Source of the DNA: Basidiobolus meristosporus CBS 931.73
Lineage: Eukaryota > Fungi > Basidiobolomycota
DNA length: 64,000 bases
Assembly (NCBI GenBank): GCA_002104905.1
Contig: MCFE01000151.1
Location: forward strand, 62,001 to 126,000
Reading direction: 5' to 3'
Position numbers and translations under genes: made by a program. Of the stretch, positions 49,581 to 61,606 are shown piece by piece. Below the pieces are notes generated by a model. That model did no database searches, had not been told where the DNA came from, and saw only the letters and a program-made list of their open reading frames with translations. The first letter of the stretch is position 1. Each line of letters starts with the position of its first letter.

Positions 49581-52500
49581 AAATACATCCAGAGTACACA
49601 CTTGAAAGCTACTGAGTATGAAAGATGTTTTATATCCCATTATTACATCTATATATTGCATTAACTTTGTCACTGAGATCATAGTACTTAGGTTTTGGAG
49701 CACCATGTCTAAGCACTCTGTTGTAATATACTTGCCATAACCAACCAAAATGTCCTATACACAGGAGATGCCAATATTCATACTAATACCATAGTATCCT
49801 CACCTTCAATGTAGGCTCTTTGAAACTTATTACATATATGGCATGTGCTTACTTTGCCTATGAGAATATCTCACTTGAAACTCATCTGATGATATTCTAA
49901 TACTATACTTGTATTTTCAAGGTATTTTGCCGGTATTCAGCTGGTATTTTTTTATTGTCAATTTGGTGAATGTACCTAAAAATTTACTTAACTTGGTTTG
50001 TTGGATCACTGTCAACATGTGAGAAATCTGGCCAAGTTCCTTCTTAAGACTTACTAACAACATTTTAACCAAAAACGCTGGGTGCCCAGAATATGACAGA
50101 TCTAAGTGTTGTCCAAGCTGATTGGGAGAGCAAGTAGATTATGCAGTTCCCACTTAATTCCTGAATGAATCCAAAGGTAGCTTGCTACTGTGAAATGATC
50201 TAAGCAAATCAAACACATGGAAGATGTTTAGCAAGGGCCCAAGTGTTTCAGGTGTCTTAGAGATCTTCAAAGTAATTAGGAGAAGAAGTGAATTATGTGG
50301 TTGCACTTAATAATTTAATGAATGTAAAAGTATTATCAGTACTTTGACATGGTCTTGGCATAACATACATATAAAATAGGCTTAGGAAGGTTGCAAGAAC
50401 ATGTGTGCAAAGTTTGGTGCTGTTTAAACAACATTGAGAATTCTCATGGTTTAAGTACCTGATATTTTGGTGAAAATATCCTAAGCAAATCCCAACAAGA
50501 AATTTGGTCAGTATTCTCAAGGATATGAAGGTAATGATCTAAGTGACCAAGTCAGGTGGATATTAAGGTGGAACTCAGAGCTTTTACAACACTCTCACTA
50601 AACTAAATGTACATACTGACTAGTCCTGGTTTTGGCCTAAGATATTCAAATTTGTCTCTAACTAATGGTTTGGTAAGTATGTCTACAATCATTTCATCTG
50701 TAGGACAGTAAACCAAGTTAGCCAAGTTACTCTCTATAGCTTCACCTATGAAATGATGTCCAATACCTATGTGCTTAGCTCTAGCATGAAAAGTTGGATT
50801 TCTACCTTATTGTATACATCCTTAATTGTCCTGAAATAAAGTAATAGGTGTTTTTTGACATATGCCTAGGTCTTGAAAAAGTTTCCTTAGCCCAATTGCT
50901 TCTTTTTCAGCTTCAAAGGCTGCCATATACACTGCCTCTGTGGTAGAAAGTGCTATGGTTAGTTGCTTTTTTGAATTCCTTGTAATTGCTGCTTTACAGT
51001 AAGAAAGGTGTGTTTCAAGCATGATATACATCAGACTGCCAACCGTAGACTGATAAGGAAAGCCAGGGCATTCCAAAAGAACTAAGCTCTCTTGACTTGG
51101 CTGAGTTCTGACCATGTTAAGGTTTGCCTCCATTGGGGTAGCTACCAGCTTACAGTCTTCCATTTGATACTTCTTTAGTATGTCTTGAATATTTTTTGAT
51201 AGGCTTAGGGTTTTAGTCTGGGTACTTCTGCCTATATATCTATAGCCCAGTCATTTTGTTTGAGCGTATCTTTTGACCACAAGTCTTGCTTTGTATTTTT
51301 CTATTGTTTCATCAGCCTTGTATTTTGTCTTAAAGGCCCATCTGCATCCAATTGATTTTGGTTGATTGGTAATTTGACTAAGTCCCAAGTTTGATTTTCC
51401 ATCAGGGCCTGATATCCATCAGTCATTGCAGATCTCCAAAACTTTGTCTGAGGGCTATTGAGGGCTTCATTTACAGTCTGGGGTTCATCAATATGGACTG
51501 AATAGGCATAGGCCAAGTTTGTACCCTCATTGTTTGGGCTATTTCTGGTGTGCTTAGATCTCCTAGCATTTGATACTGAAACAATCACCTCTGGGATATT
51601 TCTGAGCACTGCTTCAGGCTGAACCATGGTTATAGAGTCCTCTGTAGTGAAAGCATGCTCATTGTTTTGCTCTGATCCAATCCTGGCAATTGATAGACTT
51701 GAAATCAGATTTTTGTCATTGTCTGATGTCATTTTTTGATAATATTTTGAATTTTCATCAAACAGCACATCCCTGGACTTGATCAGCTTCTTTGCTTTGG
51801 CGTTTTATAGTCTGTATGCTTTACTCTCACTGCAGTAGCCCAAAAATATGCATTTTACACTTTTTGGCTCCAATTATGACTGATTTCTGGATAGTTTCTT
51901 GGCATATGCTATACACCCAGATATTCTTAGATGTTCTAGACTTGGTCTCCATCCATACCATGTTTAAAATGGAGTAGAATCACAAAGTATTCTGTTATAA
52001 CTCCTATTTGTAAGGTATACAGCAGTGGCAACTGATTCTGCCCAAAAATCATAGGATTATTTTTGATCATGGATTATAGATATTGCCATATCAATTATTG
52101 ATCTGCTTGCACATTCTTCTACTACATTTTGCTGTGAAAAGTATGGTACAGCAGTCTCTTGCTTTATCCCATGAATTTTGCAGAAGTGGATGAAGAGTTT
52201 TGAGGTATGTTATCCGCCATTGTCAGAGTGTATTTTCTTGATTTTTTCCACAGTTTCTCTCTCCACCATGGCTTTGAGCTCCCTGAACTTAGAAAGAGCT
52301 TCATCCTTTCTCTCCATGAAGTTGACCCACATGTATCTTGTATAATCATCATAAAAGTGATTAAATACTTCATCCCACCTAAGGATAAATTTTGCATAGG
52401 TCCAAACTAATCTGAGTGAATTAAATCTAATTTTTTCTTGGTTTGGTTTGCCCAGAGCTCTTGAACAGTTGTCTGGCTTGTTTTCCATATATGCAGGCTT

Positions 52501-52650
52501 CACAGTGCTCCAAATTTGCTGGTGGATCAGCTTTTACTCCCAAAATTAGCTGATCATTGATCATTTTGCACAAATAATCAAAATTGATATCTCCAAATCT
52601 CCTGTGCCAAAACATTGGTGTTTCTTCATTTAAGCTACTTATATTGGCTT

Positions 52651-53874
52651 CTAGATATGATGGAATATAGTCAATTTATACAGATTCTGATCTCTGATAT
52701 CCAAAGCAATATGAGGACCATTTTGATCAGTGATCCTGCATCCAGAATTGCCAAAACTGAAACTGAGTCCTTCTGCTGTAGCCTTGCTTACAGATAGTAG
52801 GTTCTTGGCTATTTCTGGTACATAGAGTACTTCTTTAAAGGTCAGTGTATGGCTTCCTTCACTGCTTCTTAGGTTTACTTGGATAGTTCCTTCTCCCACT
52901 GCATCCAGTGTTCTATCATCACCCATGAAAACCTTCTTAATTGGAATTTCTTGATATTGGGTAAAAAGTTCTTTTTGGTGTGTAAAGTGTTGAGAAGCTC
53001 CAGAGTCAATATACCACGTCTGAGAATCCTTGTTTGTGGTCATATTTAGTGCAGATATGAATAGTCTATCTTCAGTTGTTGCAGCATTTCCACATTCAGG
53101 CTTCTTTTGCTGATAATATCTCTTTTTGAGACACTGGTCTAATGGGTGTCCTTTCCTTTTGCAGTAGTTGCAAAATAGGTTGCTGTTGCCTTTGTACGGT
53201 CTTGGGTACCTCCTTTGTTGGTTATCATTGCTTATTAAAGCATTTTCTTCTTCCTTCTTATTGGCGCTTGATTTTCTTAATTCTTCATCCAGGAGCCTTC
53301 CATATACGTAATTTAAGGTCAAATCTTCAGTTCTGGACTCTAGGGCTGATACAAGGCCCTGAAACTTGTCTGTCAGGCTATTCAGGATGGTAACTATCAC
53401 TTCCTCATCAGTAGCTGGTACAGCCACAGATTCCATCTCATCTACCAGCAGGGTAATTCTGTTAATTAGATTTTTCATTTCTTCTCCTGGTAGCATCTTT
53501 GTAGTAAGAATTTTTGTCTCAGATACATTTTCTTGGCAGCTGAACATGACTGGTAGGTGTCTTCTAATGCTTTCCAGGCATTCTTTGCTGTTTTTGCTCT
53601 TGAGCATTGAATTAGCAATTTGTCCTTGACATTAAGGCAAATGCAGTTAAAGGCACTTTGTTCTTTCTTCTGGTACTTTAAGGCTTCCTCTCCCACGTTT
53701 TTAGGAGGGCATTCTTCTCCCATGACAATATCCCAAAGGCCTCTTTCTTGTAGCAGCATCTTCATCTTCACCTTCCACACTTGGTAGTTGGATCCATCCA
53801 ACTTTTCAGCAGAGGGAAGAATTCCAGTAACAGCAGTAGTAGACATTGCAGAGAGTGACAGCTTGGGGCTCATA
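52651..53874 (-). pseudogene. Copia B gag-protease, best-preserved copy, with a 1-nt deletion near 53515
   Basis: ORFs 53475-54005 and 52651-53607 overlap. Comparison with the 4165 copy (KFITTTMLP) shows one missing base. Confidence 0.8.
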
Positions 53875-53877
53875 ACC
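53866..53877 (-). promoter_or_regulatory. Primer-binding site GGTTATGAGCCC complementary to the anticodon arm of initiator tRNA-Met
   Basis: Directly abuts the 5' LTR. Same site at 33441-33452 and degenerate at 4872-4884. Equals the GGGCUCAUAACC anticodon stem-loop of tRNAi-Met. Confidence 0.85.
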
Positions 53878-54990
53878 TGTTGTAAGAGTCTTGGAGATAT
53901 TGGAAGTGATTTGGAGAACAAGTAGATTATGTGGTTTTCACTTAATGATTTATTGAATGTAAAAGTAGTATTTATACTTTTACCTGGTCTTGGCATTACA
54001 AACACGTAGAATAGGTTAAGGAAGGTCCCAAGAACATGTGTGCAAAGTTTGGGGCTGTTTGGACAACTTTGAGAATTTTCATGTTCTGGGTACCTGGTAT
54101 TTTGGTGACAATATTACAAGTAAATCCTGACAAGGAATTTGGTCAGTATTCTCTAGGATTTGAGGGTAATGATCTAAGTGACTAAGTTAGGTGAATATTT
54201 AGGTGGAATTACAAATTTTTACAACAGCTATATCAATGAAAATATTTAGTCATATGAAAAGTATGGGTACTCTTGGAATATACACATACTGAGACCTAAA
54301 TGAGTACTCAAGTAGGGATTCTTACAAAGAGTAACAATGTTTTATTCAATATATCAACAGATGTTTACCTCAGTGCCCCCTATTGACTCAAAAGGGCATA
54401 CGCCCCAAGCAAGTAGTGCCAGAGATTGCCAGCACCTCTATTTCCAACATGCTGTAACTAAGAAATCTCATGAAGGCTCCAAGTTTGCTTCATAGTGATG
54501 ATGTTCAACACAAGGACAAAGGTCTTCAGGAGCCTGTCATCAGTATAGAAAATGAGCCTTAGGGGATCCTGGAAGATATGGACAAGCACTGGCTCAAAGA
54601 TTAAAGAGCTGGAAACATAATATCCTTTGGCCTAAATGGTGAACAAATGATGTTGCATTCAAAGGTAACGTAGGCCAGAAGGCCTGGTTGGAGCCAAGGG
54701 ATGTCTACCAGATTAAGCTCCTTAGAAATAAGCCATTCTGAAGGAGCTTACTCAATGAAAGAAAGCAGTCCACATAAGATTCCAAACAACAAACGTGATT
54801 AATGAGTCCCTAATACAGATATGGTACGCCCCAGGTAGGAGTGGCTTTATCAGAATATTTCACACTTCAGCTTTAATGTTAGCACTGAGAGATTAAGTTA
54901 AGATTAGGGGAACGGGCTGGGAGTATAGCAGAAAAGGTTAAGTGGGGGTGGAATAGATCAGGGAAGGTCGGGAGGGAGGTGGCCGTTAAA

Positions 54991-56857
54991 TCACATCAAC
55001 TTCTTTGACCGGTTGAGGTAGTTGCGAAGATATTGGGCACATTCAAGACGTTTCCCTTGTTGTTCAATTATATCGCATAGACGTCTGGTGATGGACTTTC
55101 TCATCTCTACCAAGCTAATGAACACCTTCCGTCCTTGGTGATGCTCCTTCCCTACGACTGCGGCAAATACCTTCCAAGCGGTGGTCAACGTTTTGATCAT
55201 GTCGTATCTTCGGTCCACGCTATGTACATGATACGTGGCGAAAGAAGACACAAGCACTACGGAAATAAAGAAGCCGAAGGTGCTGTAATTCATTGTCTTC
55301 CACAGAAGGGCGAAAAGTCCACCATACAGACAAGGCATGAGAAGTACCGTGGAGAGCAGCTTCATTTGAGCCTTGGTTTCCTCATACTGCTCGTTCTTCT
55401 CGAGCCATTTGGCAATGACGAATATGGGAAAGTGAAAGATAAAGCCTGGAAGAGATAGAGGAACCTCGATCAAGAGCTTGGTGGCGTTCCATACCAAATC
55501 CAAGGTGACTCGAAATATCCCCACCTTTTTATGTTGATATTTATGGATGCTCGAATCATTCACTCCAAGGAGCTTTAACGCCTCGTCATACTCAGCAAGA
55601 AGCTCTCGTACCAACTTCGTCTCAGGGTCACTCTCAAGCTTCTCGAAAAGATCCACAAAGCTACACACTTGAGATTGAGTCGGAGGGCAACAAACGGACA
55701 GCGCAATTGAAGAGGCTCTCACCTTTGGCTGACCCTCACATAATCCGGAAGATACGAGTCTTCATCAGGGAAAAGGATCTTGCGAGCTAGATGGGCTTGG
55801 TTGAAAGTGTCCCTGCGATGCGAAAGTAGCCTTCGTTAATGCCAACAGTATATACAGAGTCGCCAGTGAGGTGTTACCAAGTAAGCGCATTAACAGTGAT
55901 ATCTGCCAAAGCCTCGTGAATCGCCAACGTTAGCTGTTTAACCGTGGCCTTTGGATTCTCTTTGAAACCATCCAAAAATGGCTCAATATCAACAGGGTCA
56001 CCGTAACTTCAAGGTATCCATTAGTGCGCTTGGTTAATGCCTACAATGAGAGTATCTGTACGTACTGGACTATCGCTGCACTTCTCCACTTTTGTTTGTG
56101 TGTGTAAGTGATTCCAACGGGAACGATCTTGATCATTTTTGTTTTCGGCCCGTTAATGGCGGTTTTAGCTTGATCTCGAAGTTTGGCACCATACTCCAAG
56201 GCGGCCTATCAAGCCGAAATTGATTAACTAGAGGCGAGGGCTATTTCAAAGTATGTGTACTCTACCCAAGAGGCTCCGTCTTTTAAGTCCATGATGTGCG
56301 GAAGTGTGTACGACGTCCCTAAGGCTTCGCGTCAGCAAAAGCAACCAACCAGCACGTGCAAATAGTAGTGAAGATACCTTCAGGGAACAAGGCAACCACG
56401 CCGTTCTGCTCAAACACTTCAAATGTAGCATTGAACAACAGGTCGTTGTTTTTGGTTTGGCGATCTACAGCAACGGCTCCAAGGGAATCCAAAATCCATT
56501 TGGCCAGTTTGTTCTTGAAGAAAATGTTCGCTGCCCAGAAATGACATTGAATATTCTCGGGAGTAGTTGTGAGTAGTATGCCAGGATCAAGAATCATGTT
56601 GCAGTGAGTGCTAGAACACAGAACGGGTCGATTAATATGTGGAAATGGAGAACATGCCAATCACCAAATTCAGTACCCAGTCCTACGCAAAAGTGGATTA
56701 GTTTACAAAACGTTATCGAAGGCTCCATAGATCACACATACATAAGCAGTGGGCGATCGTCAGGGAGCTGGTCGGCACCAAGGACCTCAATCTGCTTAAA
56801 CCATATCCAGAAAGCACCCTTTGCTAAGGTTCTTACGCCATTGTATAAACGAGGCAT
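54991..56857 (-). CDS. Glycerol-3-phosphate/DHAP O-acyltransferase (SCT1/GPT2 family), 8 exons
   Basis: Exons 56857-56742, 56682-56677, 56610-56378, 56318-56266, 56205-56066, 56006-55878, 55812-55723 and 55660-54991, all with GT-AG introns of 59-66 nt. Motifs THCNMILDP, LFPEGTS and IVPVGITY, plus C-terminal TM segments. Confidence 0.88.
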
Positions 56858-58051
56858 GTTGATAGAGGTGTTACTGAAGAGCTTGGGTAAAATAGGTCAA
56901 CTTGGGCTGAGACTAGAGTTGTAACTATAAGCGGATAATAAATAAGAAAATCCAGCATCATATATCAGATGAATATTACCAAAATGGCTAATAGCGTTTG
57001 GCAAATTAGGAAGGGAAGATTACCAAATCTCGCCTTGTTACGTGTAGCGAACACAACGGGTGAAAAATCAAGGGCTGACTATTCGACGGCCAGATAACCG
57101 ATCTTGATCTGCTTTAACTACTCTGGCTATATGCCGCTACGCACTTGGCACTCCGTACTCAATGCTTAGCACGCAGCATTCACGAAGCGTGGTATCGTTT
57201 CACCGATGGTCACACATGATGCTGCGATGACGACATCTGCCAACACAGTCAAGCGCAGCCAGGGAACAGATCCTGGCGATACAAACAAATGCTAAATTAG
57301 AAGGGTTGATTTACAAATGGGATAATCTTCTGCTCAGTAGCCATTCATGGGCAGGAAAGAACATGCAGAACCATCGCTTGGATTGATGGACGTTATTGGA
57401 AGTTGTTGATACCTAAGCGGTTACTTTATGCCGATTCACTACAGAAACTCTCGTAGGGTCGTGGGGTAATGCTCACCTCGTGTAATCCTTTTACCGGTGC
57501 GGAGATAAAGCCTTTTAACAGACAATAGACACATGCCGGATGCCGTTAGTTACAGCCAGAGGTTTAAATGATGAAGCAAGTGTGTTTAGAGTTGATCCCA
57601 GTGCCTCTTTGTTGCCTTGCCGTTTCTGCCAGCAACAGGCCTTGGGACATTATCGCCGCTTGCCCGGCTGGCTTACTTTATCATAATCAGGAGGGCCAAG
57701 CCAGCATCGATGCTGTAGACTGAATGCGTTTGCTCAGAAGCAGTATCGATGGGATTGAGACAGATCCTAGGGCAACCAGATTGGCTGCAGAATGTAAACT
57801 TACACATCATCAACTATTTGCCTTGGACTCATCATCAGTTTTACCGTGAAGATTTCATTCATTTCTTGGGTATCACATCCTCTCTTCAATTGGGAGTTGA
57901 TGAAATAAGCTGGGGAAATTGTGTTGGCCCCAAATAATATCATTAAATCAGGGGCTCCACCCCACGAAAATAGCGTCCCATTTTAGACCAAATATCTAAA
58001 TCGATTTCTAGTATCATTCGAATGAATAGCAGTAGTGCGTTTTCTACCAAC

Positions 58052-60436
58052 ATGTTACGTCTAATCTCAACCTCGGGAAACATCCGCAGAGTTCCCACTC
58101 TGCTTCGTAATGCTAGAGGTACAGTCTACACTCCTTTGCCCATAATTCACTCAATCTCTCCAGTTGTTCTCTATACATATATAAGTAGACACGTGATGTC
58201 TTTGTGAGCATACAATGTTGTGTTGCTGGAGTTCAGAACTAGCCATAATACTTGACTGCCTTCATGTGTGCCTCAATGTTCAACTCCGCAATGTTTGCTA
58301 ACTTCCTGACTCTTTCTAGCCTCTCGGTGTTTCGGTTCTACTGCTGCCCGTAAAGAAGAAATCGAATTATTCATTGATGGTAAGCCAGTGAAGATTGAGC
58401 AAGGAGCTGCTCTTATTCAAGCCTGTGAAAAGGCTGGTGTGGACATTCCCAGATTCTGCTACCATGAGCGTTTGTCTGTTGCTGGTAATTGCAGAATGTG
58501 TCTCGTCGAATTGGAGAAGTCCCCCAAGCCAGTTGCTTCTTGCGCCATGCCAGCTATGCCAGGCATGAAGATTCGCACCAATACCCCGCTCGTCAAAAAA
58601 GCTCGCGAAGGTGTCATGGAATTCTTATTGGCAAATCACCCACTCGATTGCCCTATTTGTGACCAAGGTGGTGAGTGTGATTTACAAGACCAGTCCGTTC
58701 GTTACGGATCCGATCGCAGTCGCTTCTCTGAAATCGTTGGTAAGCGGGCCGTGGAAGACAAAAACCTTGGCCCCCTCGTCAAAACATCTATGAATCGTTG
58801 CATCCAATGTACTCGTTGTGTTCGCTTTGCTAACGAAGTCGCGGGGGTTCCTGAGCTTGGAACCTCTGGCAGAGGAAACGATATGCAGATTGGTACATAT
58901 GTTGAGCAGGCTATCAACTCTGAGATGTCTGGTAATTTGGTCGACCTTTGCCCGGTTGGTGCCTTGACTTCTAAGCCATATGCGTTCACATCTCGCCCTT
59001 GGGAGCTCAAGAAGACAGAATCAATTGACGTGCTTGACGCTGTCGGTAGTAATATTCGTATTGATTCACGCGGAGTTGAGGTCATGAGGGTTTTGCCTCG
59101 TTTGAACGAAGAAATCAACGAAGAATGGATATCCGATAAGACCAGATTCGCTTGCGACGGCCTCAAGAGACAGCGCCTTACTACGCCTTTGATCCGACAA
59201 GGAGACAGCTTTGTTGCTGCCTCATGGGCTGAGGCATTGGGCGATGTAGCTGATAAACTTCGACAGACTCAGCCCGGTGAGTTGAAGGCAGTGGCTGGTC
59301 AATTAGCTGATACCGAAAGTATGGTGGCCTTAAAAGACCTCTTCAACCGCCTGGGATCAGAAAATCTGACCATCGACAGTCCGTTGGACGGCAACACCCC
59401 CGCCCACGGAGTAGACATTCGTTCCAATTACCTATTTAACTCCACCCTTGCTGGTGTAGACGAGGCAGATGTTGTGCTTCTAGTGGGCACTAATCCACGC
59501 CACGAGGCACCAACACTCAACACTCGCCTTAGACGAAACTACCTTCACAACGGACTTGATATTGGTATCGTTGGCCAACCACATGATTTGACTTACGATT
59601 ACGATCATATTGGTGATAACGCTATTGCCATTGAAAAGCTTCTTTCAGGAGAACATCCGTTTGCCAAGCGACTTGCCGAGGCCAAAAAACCCATGATTAT
59701 TGTTGGTAGTGGTATTTCGGAGCACAAGGACGCCTCGGCCACCTTCAAATCACTGTCTCAGTTCGTTCAGAAGAACCAATCGAAGTTCTTCCAAGAGGGC
59801 TGGAACGGCTTCAATGTATTGCAACGTGCTGCCAGCAGAGCCGGTGCTTTCGACATAGGCTTCGTACCCCAAGCTGAGCCCACCCCTGCCAAGTTCGTCT
59901 ACCTCCTTGGAGCTGATGAAATCCAATCTTCAGATATTCCCAAGAATGCATTTGTTGTCTACCAGGGCCACCATGGAGACGCAGGTGCTCACCTTGCTGA
60001 CGTGATTCTTCCCGGTGCCGCATACACCGAGAAGACCGCTACCTACATCAACACCGAAGGCAGAGCCCAGCTGACCAGAGCAGCTGTCTCTCCTCCATCC
60101 GGAGCTCGTGAGGATTGGAAGATTATCCGCGCCCTTTCCGAGGTTGCTGGCGCCACCCTTCCATATGATGATGTCACCACATTGCGTGAGCGTATGGGGG
60201 ATATTGCCCCCCACCTTGTGCGCTACGAGTCCGTAGAGCCCACATCGCAGGCCAACCTGGGCTTAGACCAGCTCACAAAACTTCAGGCCTCCGTCAAAGG
60301 AGACACCTTCACCACTGTGATCAAAGACTTCTACATGACCGATGCTATCAGTAGAGCATCTTCCACTATGGCCAAGTGCTCAGCTGCTTTCTCTCGCAAC
60401 TCCGGCCAGGAGCCTCTGAAAGTTTCCCACGCCTAG
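58052..60436 (+). CDS. NDUFS1: NADH:ubiquinone oxidoreductase 75-kDa subunit (complex I), mitochondrial precursor
   Basis: Exon 1 58052-58118 ([13 protein letters not shown] presequence), intron 58119-58319, exon 2 to TAG at 60436. Motifs [35 protein letters not shown] and CIQCTRC...DLCPVGAL. Confidence 0.97.
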
Positions 60437-60836
60437 GTGCTTCACGTTTGACCAGCAAGTTCCCTCTCCTAGCCAGACATTCACACCAATTCTCTACCAG
60501 AAACACATCATCTACACCCCCGCGGTATTTGGTCACGTAGTCTCATTAAGCTCAATTATTTGAGAATGTAAATGATTAACTGAATCCTCCACAAGACAAC
60601 AAGTGCTTTATTTACCATTAAACTTGTGATGAAAATCAGACATTCCCCATGAAAGCCCTTTTGAGCCTTCATCGTTTTGTCGTCGAGTAATAGCACATTA
60701 GCAGGCGGGGGATGATCTAATGGGTGATGAATCAGGCTCAACAATGTAAATCCCCGATCGATTCTCCATTTAAAATAAACCTTATTCCGTGTGCAAACGG
60801 CAAAGTTCTTTTCATTTAGCACGTCCCTCTTCCCTG

Positions 60837-61606
60837 ATGTTTCGTACCATCGCTGTAATAGGTGCATGTACGGTGGCTACAGCGGCATATTATGCGTCAC
60901 AGCTGATGAGATATAGTTCAGAAGAGGAGAAGAAGGTAGTTTAGCTTCCACATTTCCAACGCAGCCTAGCCCAGGTTTACGAACTCAACTTTTCAGAGGT
61001 CCATCTTTGGGAAAAGCATAAACTGGAAGAGCCTGGCCTTCACTGCTGTGGATGATAGGTATTTTCTCTCCTGATTCGATTCACTGGCAACCACCAGCTT
61101 TGCGCTAATACCTGTACTGAAGAGTTCGCGGAGGCCGGAGCCAGAGCCATTTAACGGTTAATAGGGAAGGAACTGCAGCCGTCTTTCACGGTCATCTAGA
61201 CTACACCGCACTAGGTGGAGCGGGATTTGCTTCACAATTCTATTCCAAACCAGGGAGCCCTTATAACTTGAGGGAGTTTCAGGGACTTTGTATTGAAACT
61301 GAGGATGGTGATGGCAAAACGTATGCTATCAATCTGAAGACCGAGCATTCCCCCAAGAGACCTGACAATAGAAATGCTAGCGTTGTCGAATATAAGTATT
61401 TATTCACCCCAGGACCCGAACGCCAAACGTTCTTCGCTCCCTTCGAGGAATTCAAGCCATACTATCGTGGTAGAATGCTGGACGAAGACCGACTGGTTGA
61501 TAAGAGTGATATCAAGTCTGTTAGTTTGATGGCTTCTTCTTTTTTTGCCAAGCAAGGGGGAGATTTTTCGGTCACATTTGTCAGCGTAAGCGCTTATAAA
61601 AATTAA
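60837..61606 (+). CDS. CIA30-domain (complex I intermediate-associated protein 30 family) protein, 3 exons
   Basis: Exons 60837-60935, 60997-61058 and 61123-61606 splice in frame, giving AVDDRVRGGRSQS...FHGHLDYTALGGAGFAS...GDGKTYAINLK. Confidence 0.85.

Larger units (their letters stand above)
50244..54226 (-). mobile_element. Copia family B element with internal RT deletion (LTRs 50244-50591 and 53878-54226)
   Basis: gag (LDGSNYQVWK), CNYCKRKGH knuckle, WYIDSGAS protease, integrase and RNase H remnant. The LTRs are clearly diverged and the flanks (CCAAG/GCTAT) do not form a TSD. Confidence 0.85.

Noticed and set aside
53500-53530. Programmed frameshift in copia B gag
   Set aside because: The homologous copy at ~4165 has the extra base and reads through, so this is a 1-nt deletion.
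53878-54115. Open frame running through the copia B LTR into gag, also open in several other LTR-B copies
   Set aside because: The frame spans the LTR TATA box, so most of it is upstream of transcription start. It is stopped in the 4324 and 33453 copies.
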